The position numbers were made by a program, and so were the translations under genes. A DNA stretch of 64,000 bases from Escherichia coli O157 typing phage 8: the sequence record KP869106; one strand, 5' to 3'. Each line of letters starts with the position of its first letter. The stretch's first letter is position 1. The notes under the pieces are model-generated. The model saw nothing but the letters and a program-made list of their open reading frames with translations. It was not told where the DNA came from and did not search any database. Shown here piece by piece: positions 1 through 10,008 of this stretch.

Positions 1-106
1 CCTACAGCATTGTCGAAAAAACCAACATCGCTGTTAAAGCCAACTGGATTTAATGCTGCTTCGTCAAGCTGCTGATTCTGGTTTACTGGATTAAGGCCAA
101 AGTAAC

Positions 107-502
107 TCATTGCGGAATATCTCCGGAGAATCTCTGACGCTTCTGTGTCAGATCAAGAACAACGGGAGAACCATCATCTTTTAGCAGATAACCAGTACCA
201 AGTTTCACCAGGTACTGACTATCGCCGTAACTTTGCAAACCATACTGACCAGGCGGTGTTTTTATCCCTGTGCCAACAACTTGTTCATTCCAAGCCTGAT
301 TAACCTGCTTATCGAATTGCTCTGCAGACATTCCCCACGGCAAAAGAACATTCCCCATTCCGTTATAGTCATGCACGCCACCTGTAGCTACGTTAACAGC
401 CTGTTTCCAGATATCATTGTCAATTTCGCCTGATACCACGCCTTTTTTCGCCATCACACCAGCGTAATAGTCCTTTGCGATCTCGTATGCCGTCTTCTGC
501 TT
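107..502 (-). CDS. hypothetical protein, C-terminal part; upstream portion lost in N-gap
   Basis: Minus-strand ORF 107..565 runs into the N-run at 503-512; no recognisable motif. Confidence 0.35.
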   Translation of the reverse strand, partial: KQKTAYEIAKDYYAGVMAKKGVVSGEIDNDIWKQAVNVATGGVHDYNGMGNVLLPWGMSAEQFDKQVNQAWNEQVVGTGIKTPPGQYGLQSYGDSQYLVKLGTGYLLKDDGSPVVLDLTQKRQRFSGDIPQ

Positions 503-512
503 NNNNNNNNNN

Positions 513-1059
513 AGAGGAAGTTTTATCTGAGCTATTGCGTCGTTGCAAACGCTACCAGTATGCACAAGTGAACGTCTGTCACGTTCGTAAGAGTGCAGGT
601 GGTCAGAAGGCTAACTCTGAAGGTGGGGATATCTCTGAAGAGGATATTAAAGGCTCTGGTGCGTATTTCCAGATTTCTATGAACAACATTCTGTTAATGC
701 GTAACAAGGTTGACCCAGACCCTGTTAAGAAAAACTTGACAAAAATCAAACTAACTAAATGTCGTCGTCATGGTAAGTCAACGGGTATTGCTGGTCATAC
801 TTGGTACAATCCAGATACAGGACGCCTCATCAAAGCATCTGGTTGCGGAGTTGACATTGATGGTGCAGCAGAAAATATTCGCCAACAGTTTGGTATTGGT
901 GAAGCTGAAGACCATTACGATGACTCTTTGCCACATTATGAGGATGAAGTGTTTGACCGTGAGACTGGTGAAGTCTATACTGAAGAGCAGCGTCAAAGCT
1001 CAACGATTCCACCTGTATTAAGTGAGGATGCAGATGACTGCCCATTCGAAACTGAGTGA
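513..1059 (+). CDS. hypothetical protein, start interrupted by assembly gap
   Basis: ORF 475..1059 spans the N-run; acidic C-terminus; no motif recognised. Confidence 0.35.
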
Positions 1060-1311
1060 TAGTTATAAAAGAGAGGGGTTCACACCCTTCTTTGAAGAAA
1101 AAAGTTTAAATAAATTTCAGGAAGAGTGTTTGACAAAGATTGATAGGTTCTATAGAATGCTCTACATGAAATGTGATGGAGGTGTTGAGGTAGAAGAAAA
1201 GTTCCATCACAGCATAATCACAGTCACTATTACTATACCTGAACATAATATTGGTTGGCTGTTTGTAATAAAAGAAAATGTGTTTGAATATCAAGTATAT
1301 CGGAGAATATC

Positions 1312-1461
1312 ATGAAACACTCTAAAGCATTTGAAAAAGTTTTTGGGGATTCCTTAAAAGCCACTGCTGGAAAACCAGCAAAATACTATGAAGAAAAACG
1401 TGTAAGAACTGGAAAAACTGCACGTAAAGCAGCTTCTAAAGATAAGCACAACTTCCAGTAA
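1312..1461 (+). CDS. small basic hypothetical protein (49 aa)
   Basis: ATG preceded by GGAGA RBS; below the ORF-track size cutoff; lies between promoter-like sites. Confidence 0.3.
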   Translation: MKHSKAFEKVFGDSLKATAGKPAKYYEEKRVRTGKTARKAASKDKHNFQ

Positions 1462-1468
1462 TTAGTAT

Positions 1469-1497
1469 TTGACAAGAGAGTATCAACAAACTAGAAT
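1469..1497 (+). promoter_or_regulatory. sigma70-like promoter TTGACA-17-TAGAAT
   Basis: Consensus -35 and near-consensus -10 with 17 bp spacer, about 40 nt upstream of the 1534 ORF. Confidence 0.5.
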
Positions 1498-1533
1498 TGG
1501 TACTCTTCATAAATTGAGATAGAGGTTTAAATA

Positions 1534-2391
1534 ATGTCTAAAGTTGTTAAAATGAAAGCTCCGGTAGAGAAGTACAACGGTACTGAACGTCAAACTCTGC
1601 GTTACCTGCTGAAAGATGTCTGGTTTTATTACCTGAACACTTCACCACGTCCGGGAAAAGGTAAGTCTATTGATAAGAAATTCCCAGGCAAAGACTGTAA
1701 CTACAGCGTATCAATTCTGGCAGAAGACGGTAACAAACTGTTTAAAGAGTTTACTAAGTCTAAGAAAAATCCAGAAGGCTGGGATAAAGTCACTACTGAA
1801 GCAGTTGATGCAGATGACTTCGAAGAGAAGTTTGGTTGTAAACCACCTTTTGAAGCAGACACTTACTACATCTTGAAAGTAAGTCGTGCAGCAGCTTATA
1901 AAGATGGTGCTGTATGGACAGCTAAACAGTCATTCCCTGTAATGCTGATTGAAGAAGTAAATGGTAAGCGTGTAGCTGTTAAGCAGCCGATGAAGAAAAT
2001 CAAAGCTCAAGCATCTGATAAACATGAAGATGACAAGAACTATGATGTAATTCATCCAGATATTGCAGTTGGTAACGGTTCTTTTGGTAGTGTGATTCTT
2101 TCTACTCACTTCTACACTTTTGAGAACAATGTTCTGACAAAACCTATTCAGGAACAGTTTATCATTGATACTCTTGTACCTTACACTGGTGGTAACGGTG
2201 CTAACGGTGAACCTGAACTGGATGAAGATGAATTGGCTATGCTTGGTCTTGATGGTGTTGAAGATAACGGTGAAATCACTGAAGAAGACGCAACAGACCA
2301 CAAACCTTCGAACGATTCTGATGATGGCGATGATGAAGACTTGCCGGACCCAGATGACGAAGAAGATGAAGACTTCGATACAGAAGACTAA
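1534..2391 (+). CDS. ssDNA-binding protein-like (T7 gp2.5-type) with acidic C-terminal tail
   Basis: 285 aa; C-terminal ~55 residues almost entirely D/E with Phe near the end, the SSB partner-binding tail pattern. Confidence 0.45.
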   Translation: MSKVVKMKAPVEKYNGTERQTLRYLLKDVWFYYLNTSPRPGKGKSIDKKFPGKDCNYSVSILAEDGNKLFKEFTKSKKNPEGWDKVTTEAVDADDFEEKFGCKPPFEADTYYILKVSRAAAYKDGAVWTAKQSFPVMLIEEVNGKRVAVKQPMKKIKAQASDKHEDDKNYDVIHPDIAVGNGSFGSVILSTHFYTFENNVLTKPIQEQFIIDTLVPYTGGNGANGEPELDEDELAMLGLDGVEDNGEITEEDATDHKPSNDSDDGDDEDLPDPDDEEDEDFDTED

Positions 2392-2409
2392 TCTCTAAAA
2401 GTTACTTTA

Positions 2410-2440
2410 AAGCCCTGTACTTAGTATGGGGCTTTTTCAT
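2410..2440 (+). terminator. putative intrinsic terminator
   Basis: AGCCC...GGGGCT hairpin followed by TTTTT after the 1534 ORF stop. Confidence 0.4.
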
Positions 2441-2453
2441 ATGGAGAGTCATA

Positions 2454-3500
2454 ATGGAGAAGTACACATTAACAAAGCTTCCCGATTCAGTTACACATGT
2501 CTTTATTGACTCTGACAGCATTGCCTATAAAGGTGCTTGTGTAGTTGAGAAAGCAAAGTATAAATACGTTAATAAACTCACAGCAGAAGAATCTGAACCA
2601 TTTGATAATGCGAAAGATGCTGCAAGATGGTTAGCAGACCAGAGAATCCTTGTGGAAGAGCTTGGCCTGACATTTGAGGAAGATGAATGGGAAAGACAAA
2701 CTTGGAAAGAAGCTAAGAGTGAAAAAGAAGCTATCATGGCTACTCAACAGGTGCTTCAGGAATGGCTTAAGATTGTTGGTAAAGAAAGAACTTGGGTAGG
2801 TTATTTAACAGAGAAGGGTGTGCATAAACATAAAGACATTAAAGGTCTTGAGCACCAATATCAAGGTAATCGTAAAGATGCTGTCACACCAACACACTTA
2901 GTCGCTTGTCGTGAATACCTTTTATCCAGACCAGAGTTCAAGCTCTTAAAGGGGGGCTTCGAAGCCGATTCCATCGTAATTGCTAAAGCTGAAAAGATGG
3001 GTAAGAAGGCTGCTCTTATGAGTATTGACAAAGACCTTCGACAAGCTGAAGGGACTTATTGTATTGATATGACTTATGAAAAGTCACCACTAATTTTTAT
3101 TGCTGATAATAATGTTGGTGATATCTGGGATTGCCCTATCAAATCAAAACCAAAAGCTGCAAAAACAGTTGGTGTAGGTTTTAAATTTTTGTGTTATCAG
3201 GCTGTTGCTGGAGATAATGCAGACAACTACTTCGGCCTTAAAGGTGCTGGTAAAGTAGCTGTGATGAATGCTTTAGATGGTAAAGAGACCTATAAAGAGT
3301 GTCTTGATGCTATCTATGAACTCTATGCTAAAAAAGAGTCTTACACCTATGTGTCATGGGATGGACAGACTGTTACCAAAACACCATTAGAGTTAATGGA
3401 ACAGCATTTCTTCCTAGCTTATCAAGAGCGAAATAAATCAGATATTTTTTCATTTGAAAAGTATGGTTGGACTCCAAATGTTGACTCAGCAGATACTTAA
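2454..3500 (+). CDS. 5'-3' exonuclease / flap endonuclease (FEN, RNase H-like)
   Basis: Asp-rich N-terminal site (FIDSDSIAYKG) and H3TH-like GDNADNYFGLKGAGKV motif. Confidence 0.6.
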   Translation: MEKYTLTKLPDSVTHVFIDSDSIAYKGACVVEKAKYKYVNKLTAEESEPFDNAKDAARWLADQRILVEELGLTFEEDEWERQTWKEAKSEKEAIMATQQVLQEWLKIVGKERTWVGYLTEKGVHKHKDIKGLEHQYQGNRKDAVTPTHLVACREYLLSRPEFKLLKGGFEADSIVIAKAEKMGKKAALMSIDKDLRQAEGTYCIDMTYEKSPLIFIADNNVGDIWDCPIKSKPKAAKTVGVGFKFLCYQAVAGDNADNYFGLKGAGKVAVMNALDGKETYKECLDAIYELYAKKESYTYVSWDGQTVTKTPLELMEQHFFLAYQERNKSDIFSFEKYGWTPNVDSADT

Positions 3501-3978
3501 AGAATATCTACACTATGACCCCGAAACAGGGGTCTTTACGTGGATAAAGAAAGCAGCTAACAGAACAGTTATAGGTTCCATTGCGGGTACACCACATAAG
3601 CGGGGCTATATTAGGATAAAAATTAAAAGAAAATCCTATATGGCTCATGATTTAGCAATCCTGTACACAGATGGTTTCCTGCCTAACAGGGTAGACCACC
3701 GCAACGGTATTACTAATGATAATCGGAGATTAAATCTAAGGGTTTGCACACAAGCTGAAAACTCTTGGAACAGAAGAACGCACTCCAACAACACATCTGG
3801 AGTTAAGGGTGTATCTTTCTATAAGGCTAACCAAAAATGGAAGGCCAGAATTATGACACACGGGGTATCTCATTTTCTGGGGTATTTTGACAGTATTGAA
3901 GATGCCAAAGATGCAGTCACAAAGAAAAGAGAAGAACTACATAAAGAGTTTTCAAATCACGGAGAAGCTTATGAATGA
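3454..3978 (+). CDS. HNH homing endonuclease with AP2 DNA-binding domain
   Basis: VDHRNGITNDNRRLNLRVCTQAEN HNH motif plus AP2-like GVKGVSFYKANQKWKARI; true start probably an internal ATG near 3469-3478. Confidence 0.7.
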   Translation: MKSMVGLQMLTQQILKEYLHYDPETGVFTWIKKAANRTVIGSIAGTPHKRGYIRIKIKRKSYMAHDLAILYTDGFLPNRVDHRNGITNDNRRLNLRVCTQAENSWNRRTHSNNTSGVKGVSFYKANQKWKARIMTHGVSHFLGYFDSIEDAKDAVTKKREELHKEFSNHGEAYE

Positions 3979-4472
3979 AGATTAAAGGATTTGGCAATTG
4001 TCCCACCTACGGCCATTGGGTATCTTTGTGTGGGGAAGTTGACCCCACTAAACATTTTGGTTTTGTCTATTTAGTACACTGTAAGAAAACCGGACAATAT
4101 TATATCGGAAAGAAACAGCTTAATAGTGTGACTAAAAGAAAAGTTGCTGGCAAGACTCGGAAGAAGGTAGTCACTAAGGAGAGTGATTGGATGACTTATG
4201 AAACTTCTTCTGAGTATATTAAAAAAGATATTGAGAGCTTTGGAAAAGAATTTTTTGACTTTTACATTATTCAGACCTACTACACAAAAGGTGGCCTAGT
4301 CTATGGTGAAGCAAACCTTCAACATAAATTCGATGTAATGACAAAAAGGATTGACTCTAAGCTCAGACTCTTCTACAATGCCAATATTGCAGCAATTAAG
4401 TTTATTACTAAAGAAACTTATGAAGATGCTGAAAAAAGAATCCATAAGGTAATGAAAGCAAACTGTGCTTGA
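3975..4472 (+). CDS. GIY-YIG family endonuclease
   Basis: GFVYLV-x9-YYIGKK matches the GIY-x10-YIG spacing. Confidence 0.5.
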   Translation: MKIKGFGNCPTYGHWVSLCGEVDPTKHFGFVYLVHCKKTGQYYIGKKQLNSVTKRKVAGKTRKKVVTKESDWMTYETSSEYIKKDIESFGKEFFDFYIIQTYYTKGGLVYGEANLQHKFDVMTKRIDSKLRLFYNANIAAIKFITKETYEDAEKRIHKVMKANCA

Positions 4473-4478
4473 TAACTA

Positions 4479-4742
4479 TTGAGAGAGAATAAAATGTTTA
4501 ATAAAAGCAAAGCTGTGAGTCATGTAGCAAAAGTTGACAGTAAGATTGAAGAACTTGAGCGCATTCTTGCAAATGCTAGAGAGTCGATAATTAAAGAGGT
4601 TGAAGCTGTTGAATCTCAAATGCAGCACCTAATGCTTAAACGCCAAGAGCTACGTGAACATCTGGAATATATTGAAACACGAGAGCTAAAGGTTAACAGA
4701 TATTTTAAGGAGTCCGAATGTTTAACTCAAGAGAATCAGTAA
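4479..4742 (+). CDS. hypothetical coiled-coil protein
   Basis: 87 aa, helical heptad-like sequence. Confidence 0.4.
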   Translation: MRENKMFNKSKAVSHVAKVDSKIEELERILANARESIIKEVEAVESQMQHLMLKRQELREHLEYIETRELKVNRYFKESECLTQENQ

Positions 4743-5473
4743 AAAACTGGAATCTTCGTTGCGGAAAAACTCAAAAACAACCATACAGTAATGAGTATTG
4801 GGAGTCTTTGAAATCTCAATCTCTGTGTATGCTTGAAGAAGCAAAAGAGCTTGTAAAAGCAATTGAAGAGAAAGACCCCATTGAGACACTGGATGCTCAG
4901 GCAGATTTGCAATATGTTCTTGACGGTTTGATTTACCTGTCACAACATGACCATAACGGTGCTATGAAAGCTGTTTGCCACAATAATGACCTGAAGTACA
5001 CAGACGACTATGAAGAAGCTTTAAAGCGTCTTGCAGATATTGAGAAGCGTACTGGTCAAGAGTGTATCATCAGAATGTCAGTAGTTGATGGTAAAGAGTG
5101 GTATGCGATTGTTCGTGCAGCCGATGGGAAGATTATGAAGCAATCAAATCTCCCTAAAGTTCAGCTTGGTGAATACATTGTAGAACTTGAAAGCCAAGAA
5201 CTTTTTGTGGTAGTATCTGACACATGCGTTATCTGCAAAGGTATTGTATGTAGCTTAAAGGATTTGGGTGTAGATGGTTTTGTAGAAGTTAATCCAATTA
5301 CCTCTAAAGCAGATAAAGATTTCTGTAAAGAGAATGGACTATGGATTGCAGATATTGTCTACTATGATGGTGAGCAGTTCCATGTAACCTCATACCCGAA
5401 ACTGAATTATGATGCTAATAACCTGAAGTGCTGGTTAAAAGGGGTTGGTTATAATGGATTCACAGAACATTAA
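4718..5473 (+). CDS. MazG-like nucleotide pyrophosphohydrolase domain protein (tentative)
   Basis: EEAKELVKAIEE...DAQADLQYVLDGL resembles the MazG EExxE...D pattern. Confidence 0.35.
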   Translation: MFNSRESVKNWNLRCGKTQKQPYSNEYWESLKSQSLCMLEEAKELVKAIEEKDPIETLDAQADLQYVLDGLIYLSQHDHNGAMKAVCHNNDLKYTDDYEEALKRLADIEKRTGQECIIRMSVVDGKEWYAIVRAADGKIMKQSNLPKVQLGEYIVELESQELFVVVSDTCVICKGIVCSLKDLGVDGFVEVNPITSKADKDFCKENGLWIADIVYYDGEQFHVTSYPKLNYDANNLKCWLKGVGYNGFTEH

Positions 5474-5777
5474 TAAAGAAGGTGTGGCTCAGAAGAGCCA
5501 CTTCTCAAACTACAATATCTCTATGACGGTGTTTATGAATGACCCGTTACTTGAGAAGTATGGTGAGACTCCAGATACACTTCTGGATAATGAACAAGTT
5601 TTAAAAGCAGTCCTGTACAAATACGGGATTGATATTGAGAAAGAGTATTCTTTTGAAATCTGTCAACACAGGAATACTTTTGGTAAAGTTGTAATGGCTC
5701 CACTCTTCATGGGTGTAGAAAGAACTGACTATGGTTGGTTATATCTAAAAAGAAACTTGGAGAAATACCGTGTCTAA
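5445..5777 (+). CDS. hypothetical protein
   Basis: ORF in co-directional gene string, no motif recognised. Confidence 0.4.
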   Translation: MVIMDSQNINKEGVAQKSHFSNYNISMTVFMNDPLLEKYGETPDTLLDNEQVLKAVLYKYGIDIEKEYSFEICQHRNTFGKVVMAPLFMGVERTDYGWLYLKRNLEKYRV

Positions 5778-6102
5778 AGCAAAAAAGTTATCTTATGATG
5801 ACATTATCTCAGGTGCTAAATTAGGTGTTGATAGTATCGGACAAGATGTTAAGCACGGAGACACAGTTATGTACTGTGATGACCGAAGAGGCAGAAGTGC
5901 AATCTTGTTTGGAAGAGTTGTTTGCAAGACGCGAGGCAATTACGTTGTTGAAGACATGAATGTGGATGTCACAAAACAGCTTGAAATAATTATGAATAGT
6001 AATATATCATGGTTCGTCAATTGTATGCACACTTCGTCAGTCACAAAGGTAAGTGATAAGTTTTACGATATGTGGCAGAATGAGCAAATTTTCAAGATTT
6101 AA
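5770..6102 (+). CDS. hypothetical protein
   Basis: ORF in co-directional gene string. Confidence 0.4.
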   Translation: MSKAKKLSYDDIISGAKLGVDSIGQDVKHGDTVMYCDDRRGRSAILFGRVVCKTRGNYVVEDMNVDVTKQLEIIMNSNISWFVNCMHTSSVTKVSDKFYDMWQNEQIFKI

Positions 6103-6106
6103 ACTA

Positions 6107-6133
6107 GGGAGCCTCTTCGGAGGCTCTTCTCAT
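6107..6133 (+). terminator. putative terminator with TTCG tetraloop
   Basis: GAGCCTC-TTCG-GAGGCTC hairpin followed by T-rich tract. Confidence 0.45.
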
Positions 6134-6148
6134 CTGTAGGATTCAAAA

Positions 6149-8383
6149 ATGATTAAGACAATTAAAAAATCAAACGGTACAGTGGTAAGTTTTGACCCAG
6201 AAAGACTGAATAAGTGGGCATCATGGGCAGATAAGCGTGGAATCATCTGGTCAGAAGTCACTATGGAAGCCATGAAACGTGTCTATGAAGGTTGCACCAC
6301 AAAAGAGATGCACCAAGCCATGATTGATGTTTGTGTTGATAAACAAACTCAAGAGTACTCAGACATGGCTGGACGGCTACTTCTGGGGATTATCTACAAA
6401 GAAGCCTTTGGAGGCTTTACTAAGGTTCCTACGCTGGTTACCTTCGTTAAAAATATGGAGAGAGCAGGACTTTGGGAGAAGATGGACTATTCTCAGGAAG
6501 AGCTTGAATATCTGCAAGGGTACATTGTGCACTCAAAAGATATCTCTTACGGCTATGCAGTGTTGAAACAGTTCAGAGATAAATATGGTATCCGTGATAT
6601 TAAAACGGGAAGACTTTTTGAATCACCACAATTTATGTTTATGGGTATGGCTATGAAAGCCTTTGAGAAGCAACCAAAGCACCGTAGACTGCAAGATGTG
6701 ATTAAACTGTACACTTACCTATCTGACCTGAAGATTAATGCTCCTACGCCTTATCTGAATGGTTTACGTGCTACTAAGTCAGGTTATGCGTCATGCTGTT
6801 TGATTAAGGCAAATGATACTGCTGAGTCACTTGGTATTGCTGCAAAGGTTGCTTATGACATGACTACAAAGCAAGCTGGTATTGGTATGCTGATGGAGAC
6901 TCGCACTATTGGTGATGGTATCCGTCAAAATACTATTGAGCACATGGGTAAGCTACCTTATTACAAGCTTGTACGTTCATCTGTAGAGGCAAACAAACAG
7001 AAGAGTCGTGGTGGTTCAGCTAATAACTTCTACACTGCTCTAGACCCGCAGATTGAAGATTTACTGCGTTTGAAGCACCCTACAACGGTTCCTTCTAAAC
7101 GTATTAATGAGATGGACTACTCATTCGGTACAAACGATTATTTCTGGCAGTGTGTTCAGTATGATACAGATTGGTTGCTATTCTCTTACAAAGATGCACC
7201 AAAACTCTATGACATGTTCTACACAGCATCTGCTGATGAGTTTGCTATGGCAGTTGGTCATGCAGTACATTCAGGTGTTAAACACAGACGAGTCAAGGCT
7301 CGTGAAATTGCTAAGCTGTTTATTCAACAGCGTTATGCTACAGGTCGTGTGTATCCATTCTTCACTAACAATGCAAACACACATACACCATTTAAAGAAC
7401 CATTGAAGATGTCAAATCTTTGTATGGAAATTGTATTGCCAGTGTATGGTTTTGAGAAAGAGACAGACCTTTACAGAGACGATGCTGTGAAAGAGGATGG
7501 TGAGGTAGCTCTTTGCTTCCTAGCTAGTTTGGTTGCAGGGAGAATTTCAGAAGATGAATACGCTGACGTTGCTTATTATGCTCTTGCAATGGTTGACTCC
7601 GTTATTGACCTTATGGATTATCCGTATCCGTCGATGCGTAACCATGTTCAGAAGCGTCGTTCTGTTGGGATTGGCCTTACAAATGTGGCTCATTACCTTG
7701 CGAAGAACTACGTGAACTATTCTTCAAGAGCAGGTAAGACGAAGCTTCATGAGCTTGCTGAAATGCACTCTTACTACTTACACGAAGCTTCTTTGAGACT
7801 TGCTAAAGAACGTGGTGTACCTGAGTATATGAAGTTCACTAAGTATCCTGAAGGGTGGGTTCCTCCAAAGACAGCTAACAAGAAGATTGATGAAAAGCAT
7901 GATGCGAAACTACGATATGATTGGGATGACTTAGCACAACGTATCAAAGAGAATGGTGGAATCCGAAACTCTGTATTAGAAGCTTACATGCCTAATGAGA
8001 GTTCTTCACTAGCAACTAATACGACAAATGGCTTGTACCCAATTCGTGACTTTATTTTAACTAAAAAGTCTGCAACTGGTAACGTACTGTTTATTGTTCC
8101 AGATTATGAAGAGTTGAAGTATGTCTATGAAATTGCTTGGGATATTGACACCTTTGATATGATTGATTGTTATGCAATTGCTCAAAAGTTCACTGGTCAA
8201 GCTATCTCTTCAGACTTCTATGTTGACTATGCAAAGTCTAAGAAGGTATCATTGGCTCAAGCTCTGAAGTACATGATTTATGCCAACTCGGTAGGTATGA
8301 AAACCATGTACTACCTTAACAGTCGCATTGGTGTAGGTAAATCTGCACTGCAAGATGCTTATTGCGAGGGCTGCGGTGTTTAG
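6149..8383 (+). CDS. nrdA: ribonucleotide reductase class Ia large subunit
   Basis: 744 aa; N-terminal ATP-cone; NLCMEI active-site motif; C-terminal Cys pair. Confidence 0.9.
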   Translation: MIKTIKKSNGTVVSFDPERLNKWASWADKRGIIWSEVTMEAMKRVYEGCTTKEMHQAMIDVCVDKQTQEYSDMAGRLLLGIIYKEAFGGFTKVPTLVTFVKNMERAGLWEKMDYSQEELEYLQGYIVHSKDISYGYAVLKQFRDKYGIRDIKTGRLFESPQFMFMGMAMKAFEKQPKHRRLQDVIKLYTYLSDLKINAPTPYLNGLRATKSGYASCCLIKANDTAESLGIAAKVAYDMTTKQAGIGMLMETRTIGDGIRQNTIEHMGKLPYYKLVRSSVEANKQKSRGGSANNFYTALDPQIEDLLRLKHPTTVPSKRINEMDYSFGTNDYFWQCVQYDTDWLLFSYKDAPKLYDMFYTASADEFAMAVGHAVHSGVKHRRVKAREIAKLFIQQRYATGRVYPFFTNNANTHTPFKEPLKMSNLCMEIVLPVYGFEKETDLYRDDAVKEDGEVALCFLASLVAGRISEDEYADVAYYALAMVDSVIDLMDYPYPSMRNHVQKRRSVGIGLTNVAHYLAKNYVNYSSRAGKTKLHELAEMHSYYLHEASLRLAKERGVPEYMKFTKYPEGWVPPKTANKKIDEKHDAKLRYDWDDLAQRIKENGGIRNSVLEAYMPNESSSLATNTTNGLYPIRDFILTKKSATGNVLFIVPDYEELKYVYEIAWDIDTFDMIDCYAIAQKFTGQAISSDFYVDYAKSKKVSLAQALKYMIYANSVGMKTMYYLNSRIGVGKSALQDAYCEGCGV

Positions 8384-8438
8384 TTTTAACAACTATGAGG
8401 GTCGTAAAAGACCCTCTAAAAATAACTTTGGAGAGAGT

Positions 8439-8696
8439 ATGAAGGACTTAATAGCAAATCATGAGTGGCCAATTTATCTGCTCTACAAACCTCGGAAAAC
8501 GTTGTACTATGTAAGTAGCACAGATATGATGATAAAACAAAATGATGACTCATGGGTTGATGGTGTGTCATACATCTCTACAGCAGATGGTAAAATCTAT
8601 GCAAGACCATATGAAATGTTCAATGAAGAAAATTGGGAAGTTCTAGACCGAAAACAAGCCTTAGAAATGATAAAGAAAGGAGAAATCACACTATGA
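8439..8696 (+). CDS. hypothetical protein between nrdA and nrdB
   Basis: Internal ATG with GGAGAGAG RBS within ORF 8355..8696. Confidence 0.4.
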   Translation: MKDLIANHEWPIYLLYKPRKTLYYVSSTDMMIKQNDDSWVDGVSYISTADGKIYARPYEMFNEENWEVLDRKQALEMIKKGEITL

Positions 8697-9766
8697 TTAA
8701 CCAACACCCAATCTTTTTAGGTGGTGAGAGAAAGACATTTGACTCACTTAATAAGCACTACCCAAAAATCTTTGAGCTATATAAACAACAAAAAGCGCAA
8801 GACTGGTCAGAAGATGAGTTTCCTTTTGAACAATCACGTCTTGATTTTGAGAGTGTGCCAGCATCAATGTCAGGTGTAATGCTTGAGATTCTTAAGTGGC
8901 AGTGGGAAGCAGATACCCAAGTTGCTAAGAGCTTGGCATTCGCCTTTGCACCATTCATCTCTGATGACATCTATGCAACTGCAATTATGAAGCAGTCTGA
9001 GATTGAAAACCTACATGCTCTTACTTACTCAGAGATTGTAAGGCAATGTATTAAAAACCCTGAAACAATCTTAGATGAGATTAACCAGAATGTTGCTGTA
9101 CAAGACCGATTAAAAACTGTGAATCGTGTTCTTGAAGAATTACTGGATGAAGGTATAAACTATCGCCTGAGTTATGTCCGTGATTCACTTCTTGACAAAG
9201 ACCCTTTACACTTCCATAAAGTGATTCTGAAAGGGCTGTTTGCAGTGACTGCACTTGAAGGTATATCTTTTATGGCATCCTTTGCATGTACTTTTGCACT
9301 TGATGCTCAAGATAAATTTCAGGGTATTGCTCAAGCTGTCCAGAAAATTATGCTTGACGAAATCCTTCACACTAAAATTGATATTGAAGTTTTAAAAGAA
9401 ACTTTAAGAGATGATGAGTGGCAGAAAGCTTTTCAACAAATTCTTCCAGAGATTAAAGTAATCTTAGATGAAGTAGTTGAAAGTGAAGAGAAATGGTCGT
9501 ATTATATCTTCTCTGAAGGACGTGCTGTAGTTGGGTTAAATACAAAACTTCTTCATGAGTGGGTTTACTATAATGCTGCCCCACTGTATGATATGTTTGG
9601 TATTCCCAGAGATTTTGTAGCTCCTAAAGAACCACCTTTGAAGTATATGATTAAGAAGATGGAAATTGATAAAGAGCAGAATGCTAATCAGGAGCAACAG
9701 AACGGTGCGTACCTGTTGAATACTGTTGTAGATGATTTGAATAGTGGATTTTTAGAGGTTCCTTAA
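8693..9766 (+). CDS. nrdB: ribonucleotide reductase class Ia small subunit
   Basis: ExxH iron-ligand motifs (IENLHA, DEILHT); ATG at 8693 behind AGGAG RBS; follows nrdA. Confidence 0.8.
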   Translation: MINQHPIFLGGERKTFDSLNKHYPKIFELYKQQKAQDWSEDEFPFEQSRLDFESVPASMSGVMLEILKWQWEADTQVAKSLAFAFAPFISDDIYATAIMKQSEIENLHALTYSEIVRQCIKNPETILDEINQNVAVQDRLKTVNRVLEELLDEGINYRLSYVRDSLLDKDPLHFHKVILKGLFAVTALEGISFMASFACTFALDAQDKFQGIAQAVQKIMLDEILHTKIDIEVLKETLRDDEWQKAFQQILPEIKVILDEVVESEEKWSYYIFSEGRAVVGLNTKLLHEWVYYNAAPLYDMFGIPRDFVAPKEPPLKYMIKKMEIDKEQNANQEQQNGAYLLNTVVDDLNSGFLEVP

Positions 9767-10008
9767 TGACTTATGTGATTTACTCCAAAACTGGATGCCC
9801 TCAGTGTGAGACTGCAAAGAATTTTGCAAAAACTCGTGGTATTGACCATGTTGTGAGAATGTTAGGGCAGGATTATGAACTGTCAGACCTGATGGATATT
9901 GCACAGATGCCAGTTCGTCAGATGCCATTCATCATGAAAACTGATGGACAAAACCTAAAGCCTGTTGGGACGCTACAGAATTTTATGGCAGAGGTGAATA
10001 ATGCTTAA
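9766..10008 (+). CDS. nrdC: glutaredoxin (T4 NrdC-like)
   Basis: 80 aa with CPQC active site. Confidence 0.8.
   Translation: MTYVIYSKTGCPQCETAKNFAKTRGIDHVVRMLGQDYELSDLMDIAQMPVRQMPFIMKTDGQNLKPVGTLQNFMAEVNNA

Noticed and set aside
1022-1315. 97 aa ORF overlapping the 3' end of the preceding gene and a promoter-like region
   Set aside because: Most of its length covers intergenic sequence with a TTGACA...TATAGA promoter-like site (about 1130-1160); more likely non-coding or only a short internal ORF is real.
8355-8696. Intron or intein interrupting nrdA/nrdB, as in T4-like RNR genes
   Set aside because: nrdA and nrdB read as intact single ORFs with expected motifs; the short ORF between them shows no LAGLIDADG, GIY-YIG or HNH motif and no group I intron structure that I could recognise.
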